This document shows positions 1-8,842 of a stretch of 48,209 nt of DNA, piece by piece (position 1 is the first letter of the stretch; every line of letters starts with the position of its first letter). The notes beneath the pieces are model-generated. The model did no database searches and had not been told where the DNA came from. It was given only the letters and a program-made list of their open reading frames with translations. Source of the DNA: a virus (lineage: Duplodnaviria; Caudoviricetes); IMG/VR virus record IMGVR_UViG_3300047672_000021, positions 1 through 48,209 of that record; one strand, 5' to 3'. A program made the position numbers and the translations under genes.

Positions 1-37
1 ACGGGGCGTCACGGGGCGTGTGTACGCCGCCAACGAA

Positions 38-67
38 CAAAAACGCAATCAGCGATTTGCGTTGTTG
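38..67. promoter_or_regulatory. Inverted-repeat operator candidate between cI and cro (CAAAAACGCA-N10-TGCGTTTTTG)
   Basis: Inverted pair, perfect in the right-end copy (48056-48085); the same 10-mer recurs at 13588, 41311 and 41444. Confidence 0.55.
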
Positions 68-81
68 CTGTGCAAGTCAAC

Positions 82-111
82 TTGCCATTGCACGTCAAAA
101 TTGCCTAGCGT
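82..111 (+). promoter_or_regulatory. Putative cro promoter containing a palindromic operator-like site
   Basis: TTGCCA-N18-TAGCGT just upstream of ATG 120; GTCA-AAAT-TGCC (94-105) lies in the spacer. Confidence 0.4.
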
Positions 112-119
112 GCGTCACG

Positions 120-539
120 ATGTGGTCTTTCGGCGAATGGCTGTACACCGCACGCACGTCGCGCAATTTGCTGCAGCGTGACGTGGCGGAAATCGCGCAG
201 ACGCACCCGGTCACGCTGTCGCGTTGGGAGCGGGGCGAGTCGGAGCCGTGCGTGTCGCAATTCCGCCGGTTGCTGATGCTATTCGGCTCACCACCACACG
301 AAGCCCTCGGACTAGACGCAAAAGGCGGTGATTTATATGGCGAAGCGACCCAGCACGACGACGACACCGGCATCCGACAAACAACCCAAGCGCCGGAAGG
401 TGTCGTCACCGCCGGCGGCGACCACACCGCCGGCGGTGGCAGCGAGCAACGGCCACACGGAGCCGCTGCAGCCGATAGCGGCGGAACCGGGCGAGCGCAC
501 CGAAACCCGCGCGTGTCCGTGCGCGCTGACAGAAGCTGA
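120..539 (+). CDS. XRE-family HTH regulator (Cro-like)
   Basis: FGEWLYTARTSRNLLQRDVAEIAQTHPVTLSRWERGESEP is a typical HTH_3 pattern; divergent from the cI-like gene across the junction. Confidence 0.8.
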   Translation: MWSFGEWLYTARTSRNLLQRDVAEIAQTHPVTLSRWERGESEPCVSQFRRLLMLFGSPPHEALGLDAKGGDLYGEATQHDDDTGIRQTTQAPEGVVTAGGDHTAGGGSEQRPHGAAAADSGGTGRAHRNPRVSVRADRS

Positions 540-1038
540 ATCACTGGCATACGGTCGCGAGCAATCGGAGTGTGAGCTGCAGTATGAGCGCCTGAAAGGT
601 GAAGCTGCGGAGCTGTCCAAGACAGCACGCGAGCACGCCCAGCGCCGCAACAAGCTGGCCCACATCATCGATGCGGGCGTGGAAGAAAGGCCGATCGCAT
701 GCGTGTGGCGCGCTGATTACACCGCCAAAGAATGGCGGCTGCTGCGTTGCGACACCGGCACCACCGTGGAGTCGCGCACCATGACAGGCGCGGATTTGGT
801 GCACGATTTATTCAGTAGCGACGCGAGCGACGACACCGACCGCGAGCCGCCGCCCAGCGACGATGATGGCTTCGAGCCCTGGCCCGACGACGACGACTCG
901 ACACCTATCACGACCGTGGATTTTGCGCCGCCGCTGATAGCTGCGCCGGCCACCGTCACGCGTTTACCGCCGCCGCCTAGACGCTCGGACGGCACGCAGC
1001 CGCCCACGTCCACACCGGCCGGTCACGACGTTGCATGA
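337..1038 (+). CDS. Hypothetical phage early protein (coiled-coil core, acidic/Pro-rich tail)
   Basis: AAAGGCGGTG RBS before ATG 337; stop overlaps the primase start (ATGA). Confidence 0.75.
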   Translation: MAKRPSTTTTPASDKQPKRRKVSSPPAATTPPAVAASNGHTEPLQPIAAEPGERTETRACPCALTEAESLAYGREQSECELQYERLKGEAAELSKTAREHAQRRNKLAHIIDAGVEERPIACVWRADYTAKEWRLLRCDTGTTVESRTMTGADLVHDLFSSDASDDTDREPPPSDDDGFEPWPDDDDSTPITTVDFAPPLIAAPATVTRLPPPPRRSDGTQPPTSTPAGHDVA

Positions 1039-3668
1039 AAGCCGTGTCAGACGGTCCGAGCCCAAAGCAGCCGCGCCCTACCACCACGCCGCGGCGTGTG
1101 GTGGTGCCACTGCCGGTCAAGCGTGAGTGCAGCACCGCCCACACTGCGGAGCTCTACGCATCGGGCTTGACCGATGAAACCATCGCGCTTGCGTCGCTGT
1201 ATACGGAGCTGTCGTCGCGTGCGATCGCGATGCTGATCGACCGTTCTACGTATCCGCGGTCGTGTGGCGCGGCGCTCGTGTACCCGTGTTTCTTGCCAGG
1301 CGATGCGGCGCCGTATACGTACCGCATCAAAGCCACCACGCCGCGCGTAGACGCCCGTGGCTCGAAGCCGCGCACGATCAAGTACGATCAATCGCATCGC
1401 ATCGGCTGCGTGGTGTACTACCCACCGCGCGCGCGCCTGGCCGGTGCATACGGCCCACCGCCGGCAGCTGGTGTGGATCCGCTGCGAGCTGGTGTGGATC
1501 CGCTGCCGCCGCCGCCCATGTATTGGACTGAGGGCGAAAAAAAAGCCCTCGTGCTCGATCAGCTGGGCTTGCCGTGCATCGGGTTGACCGGTGTCGAAAA
1601 TTGGATCGAGCCCGGCACGTCGCACGCGGAAGTCGTGCAGCTGAATCCGCTGATCCGTGACTACGTGCACGTCGCAGCGCGGCAGCATGTGATCGTGTTC
1701 GATGCGGACGCCCGCACGAATGGGCAAGTCATGCGGGCGGCTTGCCGTTTGGCCGGCGTGCTCCACGCGCACGGCGCCGCATCGGTGGTGCTGGCGTGCT
1801 CGCCCGATCCTGCGTGTAAAGGGATTGACGACTACTTCGCGAAGCACGGGCTAGACGCCACGATGGCCGTGCTCCGCGCGGCGACACCGCTCGATCCGAT
1901 CGATCCGTCCAATCCGCGGGCACGGGTGCACGCGGTGAAAGCCCTGGCCGCAGCACCGGTGCCTAAGGCGTGCGTGCTGCCGGATGGGTACGACGTGCGC
2001 GACGACGGGACGCTGTGGCGCATAGGCGTCGCAGAGCGCCAGGGCGGTGCCCAGCTCATCAGCGCCGCGGGCCCGATCCTGATCGAGCGGTACTTGGAAG
2101 ACTTATACACGGGTGAGGGCCGTGTTGATGTGACCTACCAGCACCACGGGCCGGACAGCTGGACATCGCAATGCATCTCGCGCGCGGCCATGGTCGACGC
2201 CCGCATGTGCGTCGCGGAGCTCGGTGCATACGGTGCTCCGATCACATCGTCGAACGCCGGTAAGACCATCGATTGGCTGCACGCCTTGGGCGCCGTCAAC
2301 GCCGCGCACATCCCGATCGTGAAGTCGGTCGCGCGGGTAGGGTGGCACGACGTGGACGGTCACAGGGCTTTCGTGTCGAGCGAGCCAATCACCGCGCGCG
2401 GCATGCCGGCAGGCGCGGCCGGAGAAGTCGCTTTAGATTCACGTGGCGACCGCAAACGACTATACAGCGCCCTGCGGCCGCGTGGTGACGCAGTGAACCA
2501 CGTGGCCGCTCTGCGCGAAGCATGGGACGCTGATTTGTCGTGCGCGCTGGTGATAGCTGCAGCGCTGGCGGCGCCGCTGCTCGAGCCGCTGTCAGCGCCT
2601 AACTTCGGGGTGCATTTGTCGGGTGAGTCTTCCACCGGCAAAACATCGATGCTGCGGATCGGCGGCTCGGTATACGGCGATCCGCACGATCCGCAGTGGC
2701 TCGCGTCTTGGAATGCCACCGGTGCCGGTGCCGAGCTCCGCGCGGCGATGCTTTCGGATTTGCCGCAATGCTACGACGAAATCGGCGGCGGTGAGCCAGA
2801 AGCCCTCGATCGCATGGTGTACATGCTGATCAACGGCACCGGCCGCACGCGGGCACAGCGCGATTTGGCGCTGCGTGAGACGCAGCATTGGCGCACGGTG
2901 CTCATATCCACGGGTGAGCGCGATTTGATGTCCGACACATCGGCCACCGGCGTGCGGACGCGAATCATCAACGTGCCCGTCGCAGGCTTTGGCTCGCTGT
3001 CACCGACTGCCATCGATCGACTGCGCGCACTTTGTGCGGCCAACGCCGGCAACTTTGGCCGCCAATGGCTGCAGATGCTTGTGGACATCGATGATTGGCC
3101 AGCATGGCGCAAGCACCACGCCGACTATTTGGCGGAATTCCAGCGCTACGCACGCGATGCGGCCGGGCCCGATGGCGAGCACGATCCCGGCATCCACGCG
3201 CGCACGGCGCATTACTTCGCGACTTTGGCCACCGCAGAGGCGATGGCGCATTGGATCGGATTCGGCAATCAAGGCGACCGCATGATCGCTGCGTATCAGC
3301 AGCATTGCCAAACCAGCATGATCGATTCGCTCGCGGACCGTGCGCGGCAGCTAGTGGAAGACTGGGCGCTGTCAGATCCCGATGGTTTCCCGCACGCGAC
3401 GATATCAACTTCCGGGCAATTGCAGCTGCCGGTGTTACGGCCCGGCCAACGGCTGCGAGGCTTCCGGCACGATGAATCGCTGTACATCATCCCAAGCGAA
3501 TTTGGCGATTTCTGCGGTCGGCATCGACTGGCGTCGAAGGTTGTTATACGGCTCTGGGAGCGCCGTGGCTGGGCTCGCTGTGACTCCGGCCGATCTGACA
3601 TTCGAGTACGGGTTGCGGGACACCGCATCAGACTAGTTGAGCTCTTGCAAAATGCGGAGCTCCGCTGA
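1035..3668 (+). CDS. Primase-helicase (DUF3854 Toprim-like, DUF927, P-loop ATPase)
   Basis: TEGEKKA...GLTGVENW, FDAD and KGIDDY Toprim-like motifs; Walker A GESSTGKT, Walker B-like YDE, NGTGRTRA. Confidence 0.85.
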   Translation: MKAVSDGPSPKQPRPTTTPRRVVVPLPVKRECSTAHTAELYASGLTDETIALASLYTELSSRAIAMLIDRSTYPRSCGAALVYPCFLPGDAAPYTYRIKATTPRVDARGSKPRTIKYDQSHRIGCVVYYPPRARLAGAYGPPPAAGVDPLRAGVDPLPPPPMYWTEGEKKALVLDQLGLPCIGLTGVENWIEPGTSHAEVVQLNPLIRDYVHVAARQHVIVFDADARTNGQVMRAACRLAGVLHAHGAASVVLACSPDPACKGIDDYFAKHGLDATMAVLRAATPLDPIDPSNPRARVHAVKALAAAPVPKACVLPDGYDVRDDGTLWRIGVAERQGGAQLISAAGPILIERYLEDLYTGEGRVDVTYQHHGPDSWTSQCISRAAMVDARMCVAELGAYGAPITSSNAGKTIDWLHALGAVNAAHIPIVKSVARVGWHDVDGHRAFVSSEPITARGMPAGAAGEVALDSRGDRKRLYSALRPRGDAVNHVAALREAWDADLSCALVIAAALAAPLLEPLSAPNFGVHLSGESSTGKTSMLRIGGSVYGDPHDPQWLASWNATGAGAELRAAMLSDLPQCYDEIGGGEPEALDRMVYMLINGTGRTRAQRDLALRETQHWRTVLISTGERDLMSDTSATGVRTRIINVPVAGFGSLSPTAIDRLRALCAANAGNFGRQWLQMLVDIDDWPAWRKHHADYLAEFQRYARDAAGPDGEHDPGIHARTAHYFATLATAEAMAHWIGFGNQGDRMIAAYQQHCQTSMIDSLADRARQLVEDWALSDPDGFPHATISTSGQLQLPVLRPGQRLRGFRHDESLYIIPSEFGDFCGRHRLASKVVIRLWERRGWARCDSGRSDIRVRVAGHRIRLVELLQNAELR

Positions 3669-3692
3669 TGCGTGCCGAATCCTGCAATTTTC

Positions 3693-4030
3693 TGGTCCCA
3701 CCGGGCCCAGCGTGGTCCCACCTAACAGGCAAAATCCTGAATGGTTTCAGGGGTGGGCCCAGTGGGACCGGTGGGACCAAGGTTTTAAGGTTCACGTATG
3801 CGCGAGATGTTTTCTTAGCGCCGCTGTGCACCGGTGTGCGTGCGGTAGTCGCATATCGCACCCTGAGTGCCGGCCAGTATCTGCGCAGACACCCAAGAAA
3901 AAACATCGCGCGCATACGCGAGGATTTTCTTGGTCCCGGTGGTCCCACCCATAAATCGGGCGGCAAGTGCGTGGAATCATTGAATAGTGGTGGGACCAAG
4001 GTGGGACCAATATGTACCCTATTGGACCAA
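3693..4030. repeat. Iteron-like TGGTCCCAC/GTGGGACCA cluster; candidate replication origin
   Basis: About 11 exact or degenerate copies in convergent groups directly after the primase-helicase, with AT-richer spacers. Confidence 0.65.
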
Positions 4031-4052
4031 CTATTTATAGAAAGCGGCGAAC

Positions 4053-4517
4053 GTGTCGGAATCTAGCCCAGCACCGACACGCCGGGTGCCCCGGCTTGGG
4101 TTGCCCTCCGCTAGCCATGTAGTCCCGCAGGTGGTGACGGTCGCCGCGGTCGAAGCCGCGCAATGTGACCTGCGGACGCTATGCAGCCTGCCGCTACCGG
4201 CCTGCATCGGCTGCGTGCTGGCTAGGACGGGCCAGGCCGTGGCGCTGCGAGTGTCGACAGCCGCACCGGAACCGCCCACGGCTGCAGCCCAGTTCGCGGG
4301 GCTCGAGCTCCACGCGCTGTGGCTCGCTGCGGAGCACGACAGGGCCTGGCCTCGCGACGTGGTTGCGTGGGTGTTCGCCAAGGGGGCGTTGCCGCTGTGG
4401 CGGCTGTCGCGGGCCGTGGCGCTGGGTGAGCTCGCAGAGTCGGTGCGCCCGCTTGGGTGGTCGCTTGGAGCCGTGTGCAGGCGGGTTGGCCTGCGGATTG
4501 ACGGGGTTTGGCTATGA
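4053..4517 (+). CDS. Hypothetical protein
   Basis: 154-aa ORF whose stop overlaps the next start (ATGA, 4514-4517); start uncertain. Confidence 0.5.
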   Translation: MSESSPAPTRRVPRLGLPSASHVVPQVVTVAAVEAAQCDLRTLCSLPLPACIGCVLARTGQAVALRVSTAAPEPPTAAAQFAGLELHALWLAAEHDRAWPRDVVAWVFAKGALPLWRLSRAVALGELAESVRPLGWSLGAVCRRVGLRIDGVWL

Positions 4518-5878
4518 GTGCAGCTAGAACACAACGCGAGCAGCGAATCGCAACGAAAGCCCCTAGGAGCCGCCGGGCGCCACGCAAGCGGGCCACGGCG
4601 TACGTGCGCCGGCCGCCACGCCGGAAGCCAACCCAAGCCCAGCTCGTGCGACTGCGGGGCTATTCCGCGCTGCCCTGGCGCTGTGCCGTGCTCGCGGTCG
4701 ACACCGCCGGGCGATCCGGGTGGTCGGCACGCTATGCAGGTGTACAGTCCGCATACGGGGAAGTTGAAAGCCTGGACAGTGAGGCGCTGGCGTACATTGT
4801 GCGTTGGTTCGTGCACGACGCCCAAGCCCTGGCCCTGGCTCCGGTGCTGGTGTTGGAGTCGCCATACGGTGGCAACAAATCCACGCTGCTGGCGCTCGGT
4901 GCTGCGCGGGAGCGGTGGCTCACCGCCTGGCGTGCGGTGGGTTTGCTGGAAAAGCGGGTTGTCAAAATAGAGCCGTCGCGGTGGCGGCGGCACGTACTTG
5001 GGCCGGCGTACACCGGTATGCGGCGTGATGTGATTCGCGAACACGAAAGCACTACAGCGCGGGCGCTGGTGGGTGAAGCGGTCGGGCCCGATGAAGCCGC
5101 GGCGATTCTGATCGGTGTGTGGGCGGATCGAGCTCCGGAAGTTGGCGCGGTGCTTGGGCGTGACGCGAAAGCGGTGTCACCTGCGACGCGTAAACCCGTG
5201 CTGGCACCCGATGGCGCGCCATCGCAGCGCGCGGAGCTGCCGCGCGTGGTCGTCGTGAATCAGCGGAAGTTGACACGCGAGCAGCGCGAACGATCGCAGT
5301 GGTACACACCGCCCAAAGCCGCTGCGGCGCTGTGGCGGTGGGCGCTGCAAGGCGGCGAGCCCGTGACCGTGCTCGAGCCCGCAGCGGGCTTGGGCGCGCT
5401 GATTGAACCGGTATTGGCCGCACCGCATGCGTGCACGCAGATCACGGCCATCGATTTGGATGCGGCCAACGTTGCGATCTTGGGTGCGATGCGTGCGCCG
5501 CTGGGCGTCGCCATCACGGCGCAGTGCGGGGATTTCTTGGCCGGTGGGTCGCCGGACATCTTTGACTTGTGCTTGATGAATCCGCCGTATGAATCCGGCA
5601 AAGCGGAAGCTTTCATCGTGCACGCACTCAAGTACGCGCGGCGTGTGTGCGGGATCTTCAAAACGTCGCTGTTGCACGGGAAAGAGCGACACGACACGCT
5701 GTGGACCGTCGCACGGATTACACGTTTGGCGCCTTTCGTGCTGCGGCCATCTTTCGGACGCACGGATGCAGCTAGCGGCGGCAAGACTGACTACATGGCA
5801 TTCGAGATCGTGGCTCGAGCGCCGGGCGAAGTGCCGGCGGGCCGTGAATACGTGGAAATCGAGCCGTGGCGGCTTTGA
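4514..5878 (+). CDS. RuvC-like resolvase domain fused to an amino (N6-adenine-type) DNA methyltransferase
   Basis: N-terminal VLAVDTAGRSGW, LVLESP, IEPSRWR, DEAAAILIG; C-terminal QWYTP, VLEPAAGLG (motif I) and MNPPY (motif IV). Confidence 0.75.
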   Translation: MSAARTQREQRIATKAPRSRRAPRKRATAYVRRPPRRKPTQAQLVRLRGYSALPWRCAVLAVDTAGRSGWSARYAGVQSAYGEVESLDSEALAYIVRWFVHDAQALALAPVLVLESPYGGNKSTLLALGAARERWLTAWRAVGLLEKRVVKIEPSRWRRHVLGPAYTGMRRDVIREHESTTARALVGEAVGPDEAAAILIGVWADRAPEVGAVLGRDAKAVSPATRKPVLAPDGAPSQRAELPRVVVVNQRKLTREQRERSQWYTPPKAAAALWRWALQGGEPVTVLEPAAGLGALIEPVLAAPHACTQITAIDLDAANVAILGAMRAPLGVAITAQCGDFLAGGSPDIFDLCLMNPPYESGKAEAFIVHALKYARRVCGIFKTSLLHGKERHDTLWTVARITRLAPFVLRPSFGRTDAASGGKTDYMAFEIVARAPGEVPAGREYVEIEPWRL

Positions 5879-6171
5879 CCGTGCGCGCGTGGCGGTGGCT
5901 CACAACGTGGGTGCAAGTGCTGCTATTCGGTGAGCCGCTGCCGCGCCCACCCATGGCCACGGTGTGGCGGCTCGAGCGCTGGCACGATGGTCACGGATGG
6001 ATCGTGTACGTATGCCGCGGCGAATACGTGCTGGGCTCCGGATATGCCGTGGAGCTGGGCGAAGCATGTCACATGGCACGGCTGGCCGTGCGTCGAACTA
6101 TCAGACGCACGCGACGTGACACAATCAGGGATCGAGCGGGATTTGTCGAGCAAAAGCAAAAGGATGCATGA
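5875..6171 (+). CDS. Hypothetical protein
   Basis: Start/stop overlaps with both neighbours. Confidence 0.55.
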   Translation: MTVRAWRWLTTWVQVLLFGEPLPRPPMATVWRLERWHDGHGWIVYVCRGEYVLGSGYAVELGEACHMARLAVRRTIRRTRRDTIRDRAGFVEQKQKDA

Positions 6172-7472
6172 TGATACGCGCGGAATCTGACAAGGTGCTT
6201 TCGGGTATACTGGACGCTCCGGCGCCGCTGGCGAGCAATGAACAAGTCGCCGCGGAATGGGTGGCGATTGGCACGCTGAAACCGTGGGCCAAAAACCCGC
6301 GCAAAAACGATGGCGAACCGGTGGTCAAGGTCGCCGAATCGATCAAGCGGTTCGGCTTCGCGGCGCCGATCATCGCGCGACTGGCCACGCGCGAAATCAT
6401 CGCAGGGCACACCAGATGGAAAGCCGCCCAGCAGCTCAAGCTGGATATCGTACCGGTGCGTTTCTTGGATCTGTCCGAACGCGAAGCCCACCTGCTGGCC
6501 CTCGCAGACAATCGGTTAGGTGAGCTCGCAGAATGGGATACGCCGGAGCTGCACGAGCTGCTGCGGTCGTATGACTTGGGCGATCAGATGCTTGCCGGTT
6601 GGGTCGACAAAGACCTGCGAGAAATGGAGCGGCTGATTCGCTCGAGCACGGAGCTAGCCGACGACGATGCGCCCACGCCGCCCACCGAGCCCGTCACGCA
6701 GGCGGGCGATTTGTGGCTGCTGGGTAGGCATCGGTTGGTGTGTGGGGATGCTACGGACGCGAAGCACGTGGCGCTGGCCAGGGCGAAGCTCGAGCCGTTT
6801 ATCATGGTGACAGACGCGCCGTATGGCGTGGAGTACGACGCGAAATGGCGAGACTCCGCCGGAGTACCGAACGGGAAAGGACAGGGCCATCTAAGCCCGA
6901 CGCGCAGACCTGGACGGGCGGCGCGTACTGGTGACATTCCAGGGGATGATCGCGTGACTTGGGCGGCCGCATATACGTTGTTCACTGGGCACGTTGCATA
7001 TGCTTGGTACGACGCAAAGCAGGTTGCGATCGTAGTCGAAGATTTGACGCAAGCGCAGTTCCGATTGCGCGCGCAAATCGTGTGGAAAAAGCAGCAGCCG
7101 GTGGTGGGCCGTGGGCACTACCACTGGCAACATGAGGGTTGTTGGTATGCCGTGCGTGATGGCCATCCCGCACGCTGGGCGGGCGACCGCAAACAATCGA
7201 CGGTGTGGGACATCAGCAACAGGCCCAACGATCCGACCGATGAAACGACGCACAGCGCCCAAAAGCCGATCGAGTGCATGGCCCGGCCGATCCGCAACCA
7301 CGGCCTAGCGGGCGATGTCGTATACGATCCTTTCTGCGGCTCCGGCACCACGTTGATCGCCGCGGAGCAACTAGACCGCACGTGTGTGGCGCTCGAAATC
7401 TCGCCTGCGTACTGCGATGTGATTGTCGAGCGTTGGCAGCAGGTCACAGGCAAGAAAGCGGAGCGGGGTTGA
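6168..7472 (+). CDS. ParB/Srx N-terminal domain plus N4/N6 DNA methyltransferase
   Basis: LKPWAKNPRKN, SIKRFGFAAPII, IIAGHTRWKAA, LADNRL; then GRHRLVCGD, TDAPYGV, HSAQKP, YDPFCGSGTT; usual position upstream of terminase. Confidence 0.9.
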   Translation: MMIRAESDKVLSGILDAPAPLASNEQVAAEWVAIGTLKPWAKNPRKNDGEPVVKVAESIKRFGFAAPIIARLATREIIAGHTRWKAAQQLKLDIVPVRFLDLSEREAHLLALADNRLGELAEWDTPELHELLRSYDLGDQMLAGWVDKDLREMERLIRSSTELADDDAPTPPTEPVTQAGDLWLLGRHRLVCGDATDAKHVALARAKLEPFIMVTDAPYGVEYDAKWRDSAGVPNGKGQGHLSPTRRPGRAARTGDIPGDDRVTWAAAYTLFTGHVAYAWYDAKQVAIVVEDLTQAQFRLRAQIVWKKQQPVVGRGHYHWQHEGCWYAVRDGHPARWAGDRKQSTVWDISNRPNDPTDETTHSAQKPIECMARPIRNHGLAGDVVYDPFCGSGTTLIAAEQLDRTCVALEISPAYCDVIVERWQQVTGKKAERG

Positions 7473-7550
7473 TCGATGGCCGATCGATTGCGCATCCGTT
7501 TGGACAACGGCAAAACAGCCTACATCACGATCACGAAAGGACACCTGGAC

Positions 7551-7841
7551 ATGTCAGACGCGCCCACCGAGCCCACCGAGCCCACCGAGCCCACCGACAC
7601 ATCGAACGAGCCCACGCAGCCGACCGCGCCACCGGCACCACCGCCGCAGGCTTTCGAGCCGATCATGCAGTATTTCTCATACACGCACCTTCCACCCACG
7701 CTCGCGATCGTGAGCGCCCAGTTTTCGACGCTCGCAGAATTCATCATGGACAACCTGCCGCGCTGCGCAGAGCGGACGGTCGCTTTGCGGAAGTTGCTCG
7801 AATCGAAAGATGCAGCGGTGCGTGCCGCGCTGTCGCGGTGA
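7551..7841 (+). CDS. Small helical-hairpin phage protein with PTE-repeat N-terminus
   Basis: GAAAGGA RBS before ATG 7551; core MQYFSYTHLPPTL...ERTVALRKLLESKDAAVRA. Confidence 0.75.
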   Translation: MSDAPTEPTEPTEPTDTSNEPTQPTAPPAPPPQAFEPIMQYFSYTHLPPTLAIVSAQFSTLAEFIMDNLPRCAERTVALRKLLESKDAAVRAALSR

Positions 7842-7845
7842 CACG

Positions 7846-8343
7846 ATGCCGGGCGCGAAATCCAAACTCACAAAGGAAATCCAGGCGGAGATCACGCAAG
7901 AGATCCGCAAAGGTGGGTACACGTACCACGCCATCGAAGCCGCCGGCATTTCGCAGACGACCTATCAAAACTGGATGGCGCGTGGTGCGAAGTACGAAGA
8001 AACAGGCGGGCCGAAAGAGGATCGGCGTTACTACGACTTCGCCGTGGCCGTGCGTAAGGCGCAAGCGCGCGACACCTTGCGCTCGCAGAGCGTGGTCACG
8101 CGCGCGGAGCTCGCAGGCGATTGGAAGGCTGCGGCGTGGAGCTTAGAAAAGAAAAACCCGCTCACGTACGGCCAGCGCGGCCAGGGCGGCGGCGGTATCG
8201 CCACGGTTACGCTCCGCGGGCCAGGCGCGGCTGCGGATGGCAGCGGCGACACGCACGCGAAGGTTGAGTTTTATTTGCCGGACAACGGCCGCAGGCCGGA
8301 TGCAGCGACCACGACGACGAACGGAAAGGGGCACACGCCATGA
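7846..8343 (+). CDS. terS: Putative terminase small subunit (HTH)
   Basis: SKLTKE...AAGISQTTYQNWMARG...DWKAAAWSLEKK pattern; upstream of TerL. Confidence 0.7.
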   Translation: MPGAKSKLTKEIQAEITQEIRKGGYTYHAIEAAGISQTTYQNWMARGAKYEETGGPKEDRRYYDFAVAVRKAQARDTLRSQSVVTRAELAGDWKAAAWSLEKKNPLTYGQRGQGGGGIATVTLRGPGAAADGSGDTHAKVEFYLPDNGRRPDAATTTTNGKGHTP

Positions 8344-8609
8344 AAAGCAGGTGCACGTGTGACGAGATCGACTGGATGAAACGGGGTTTCGAAAGCTGCG
8401 GATACAGGGAGGACGTCGAAGCGATGCTGTATTGGGCCGTGCATCCAAGGCTAAACGGCTGCTCGAGCGTGTGTCTGCTGTGCGGCCAGTCGCCTAGCGA
8501 CGACATGGACGTCATGAGCGCGCTTGTGCATCTCGAATGGTGCCCGGCTCGGCTCGCAGCTGAACGCTGCAAAGATCAAAGCCTGGCCGCATGGATCGAA
8601 ACCCAATGA
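8340..8609 (+). CDS. Hypothetical Cys-rich protein
   Basis: ATGA-coupled at both ends; CLLC...HLEWC possible metal site. Confidence 0.6.
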   Translation: MKSRCTCDEIDWMKRGFESCGYREDVEAMLYWAVHPRLNGCSSVCLLCGQSPSDDMDVMSALVHLEWCPARLAAERCKDQSLAAWIETQ

Positions 8610-8842
8610 CGAATCAATCGGACCTAGACGCAGAGCCCGAGACTTTCGCAGATGTCGAGTGCGCAGCGGAAACGCCGCTCGCGATCTTCGTGCGGGTGCC
8701 TCGATCGGGGCGCGTGCCGATCTTTGTGTGGGTGCCTAAGTCAGTCGTGCACGACGACTCCGAAGTGTACGACGCCAAAGCCAACGCGCGCGGGAAGCTG
8801 GTGATCAAGCATTGGTGGGCGGTGCGGGAGGGGCTTGCGTGA
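8606..8842 (+). CDS. Small hypothetical phage protein
   Basis: ETPLAIFV...WVPKSVV...GKLVIKHWWAVREGL; coupled to both neighbours. Confidence 0.7.
   Translation: MTNQSDLDAEPETFADVECAAETPLAIFVRVPRSGRVPIFVWVPKSVVHDDSEVYDAKANARGKLVIKHWWAVREGLA

Larger units (their letters stand above)
1..191. repeat. Terminal direct repeat, left copy (circular assembly overlap or DTR)
   Basis: 1-191 equals 48019-48209 except G64 vs T48082. Confidence 0.95.

Noticed and set aside
1-191. Biological terminal repeat or attL/attR
   Set aside because: It cuts through the cI start region and cro, and no host DNA or integrase is present. An assembly overlap of a circular or permuted genome is simpler, and the single mismatch may be an end-of-contig error.
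3668-4066. 132-aa ORF after the primase-helicase
   Set aside because: Its translation is dictated by the GGTCCCAC repeats, so the region is more plausibly an origin. Not fully excluded, because its ATG overlaps the primase stop.
6168-6600. ParB domain as the partner of ParA
   Set aside because: It is the ParB/Srx N-terminal domain commonly fused to phage methyltransferases near terminase and has no HTH. The RHH gene coupled to parA is the better partner.
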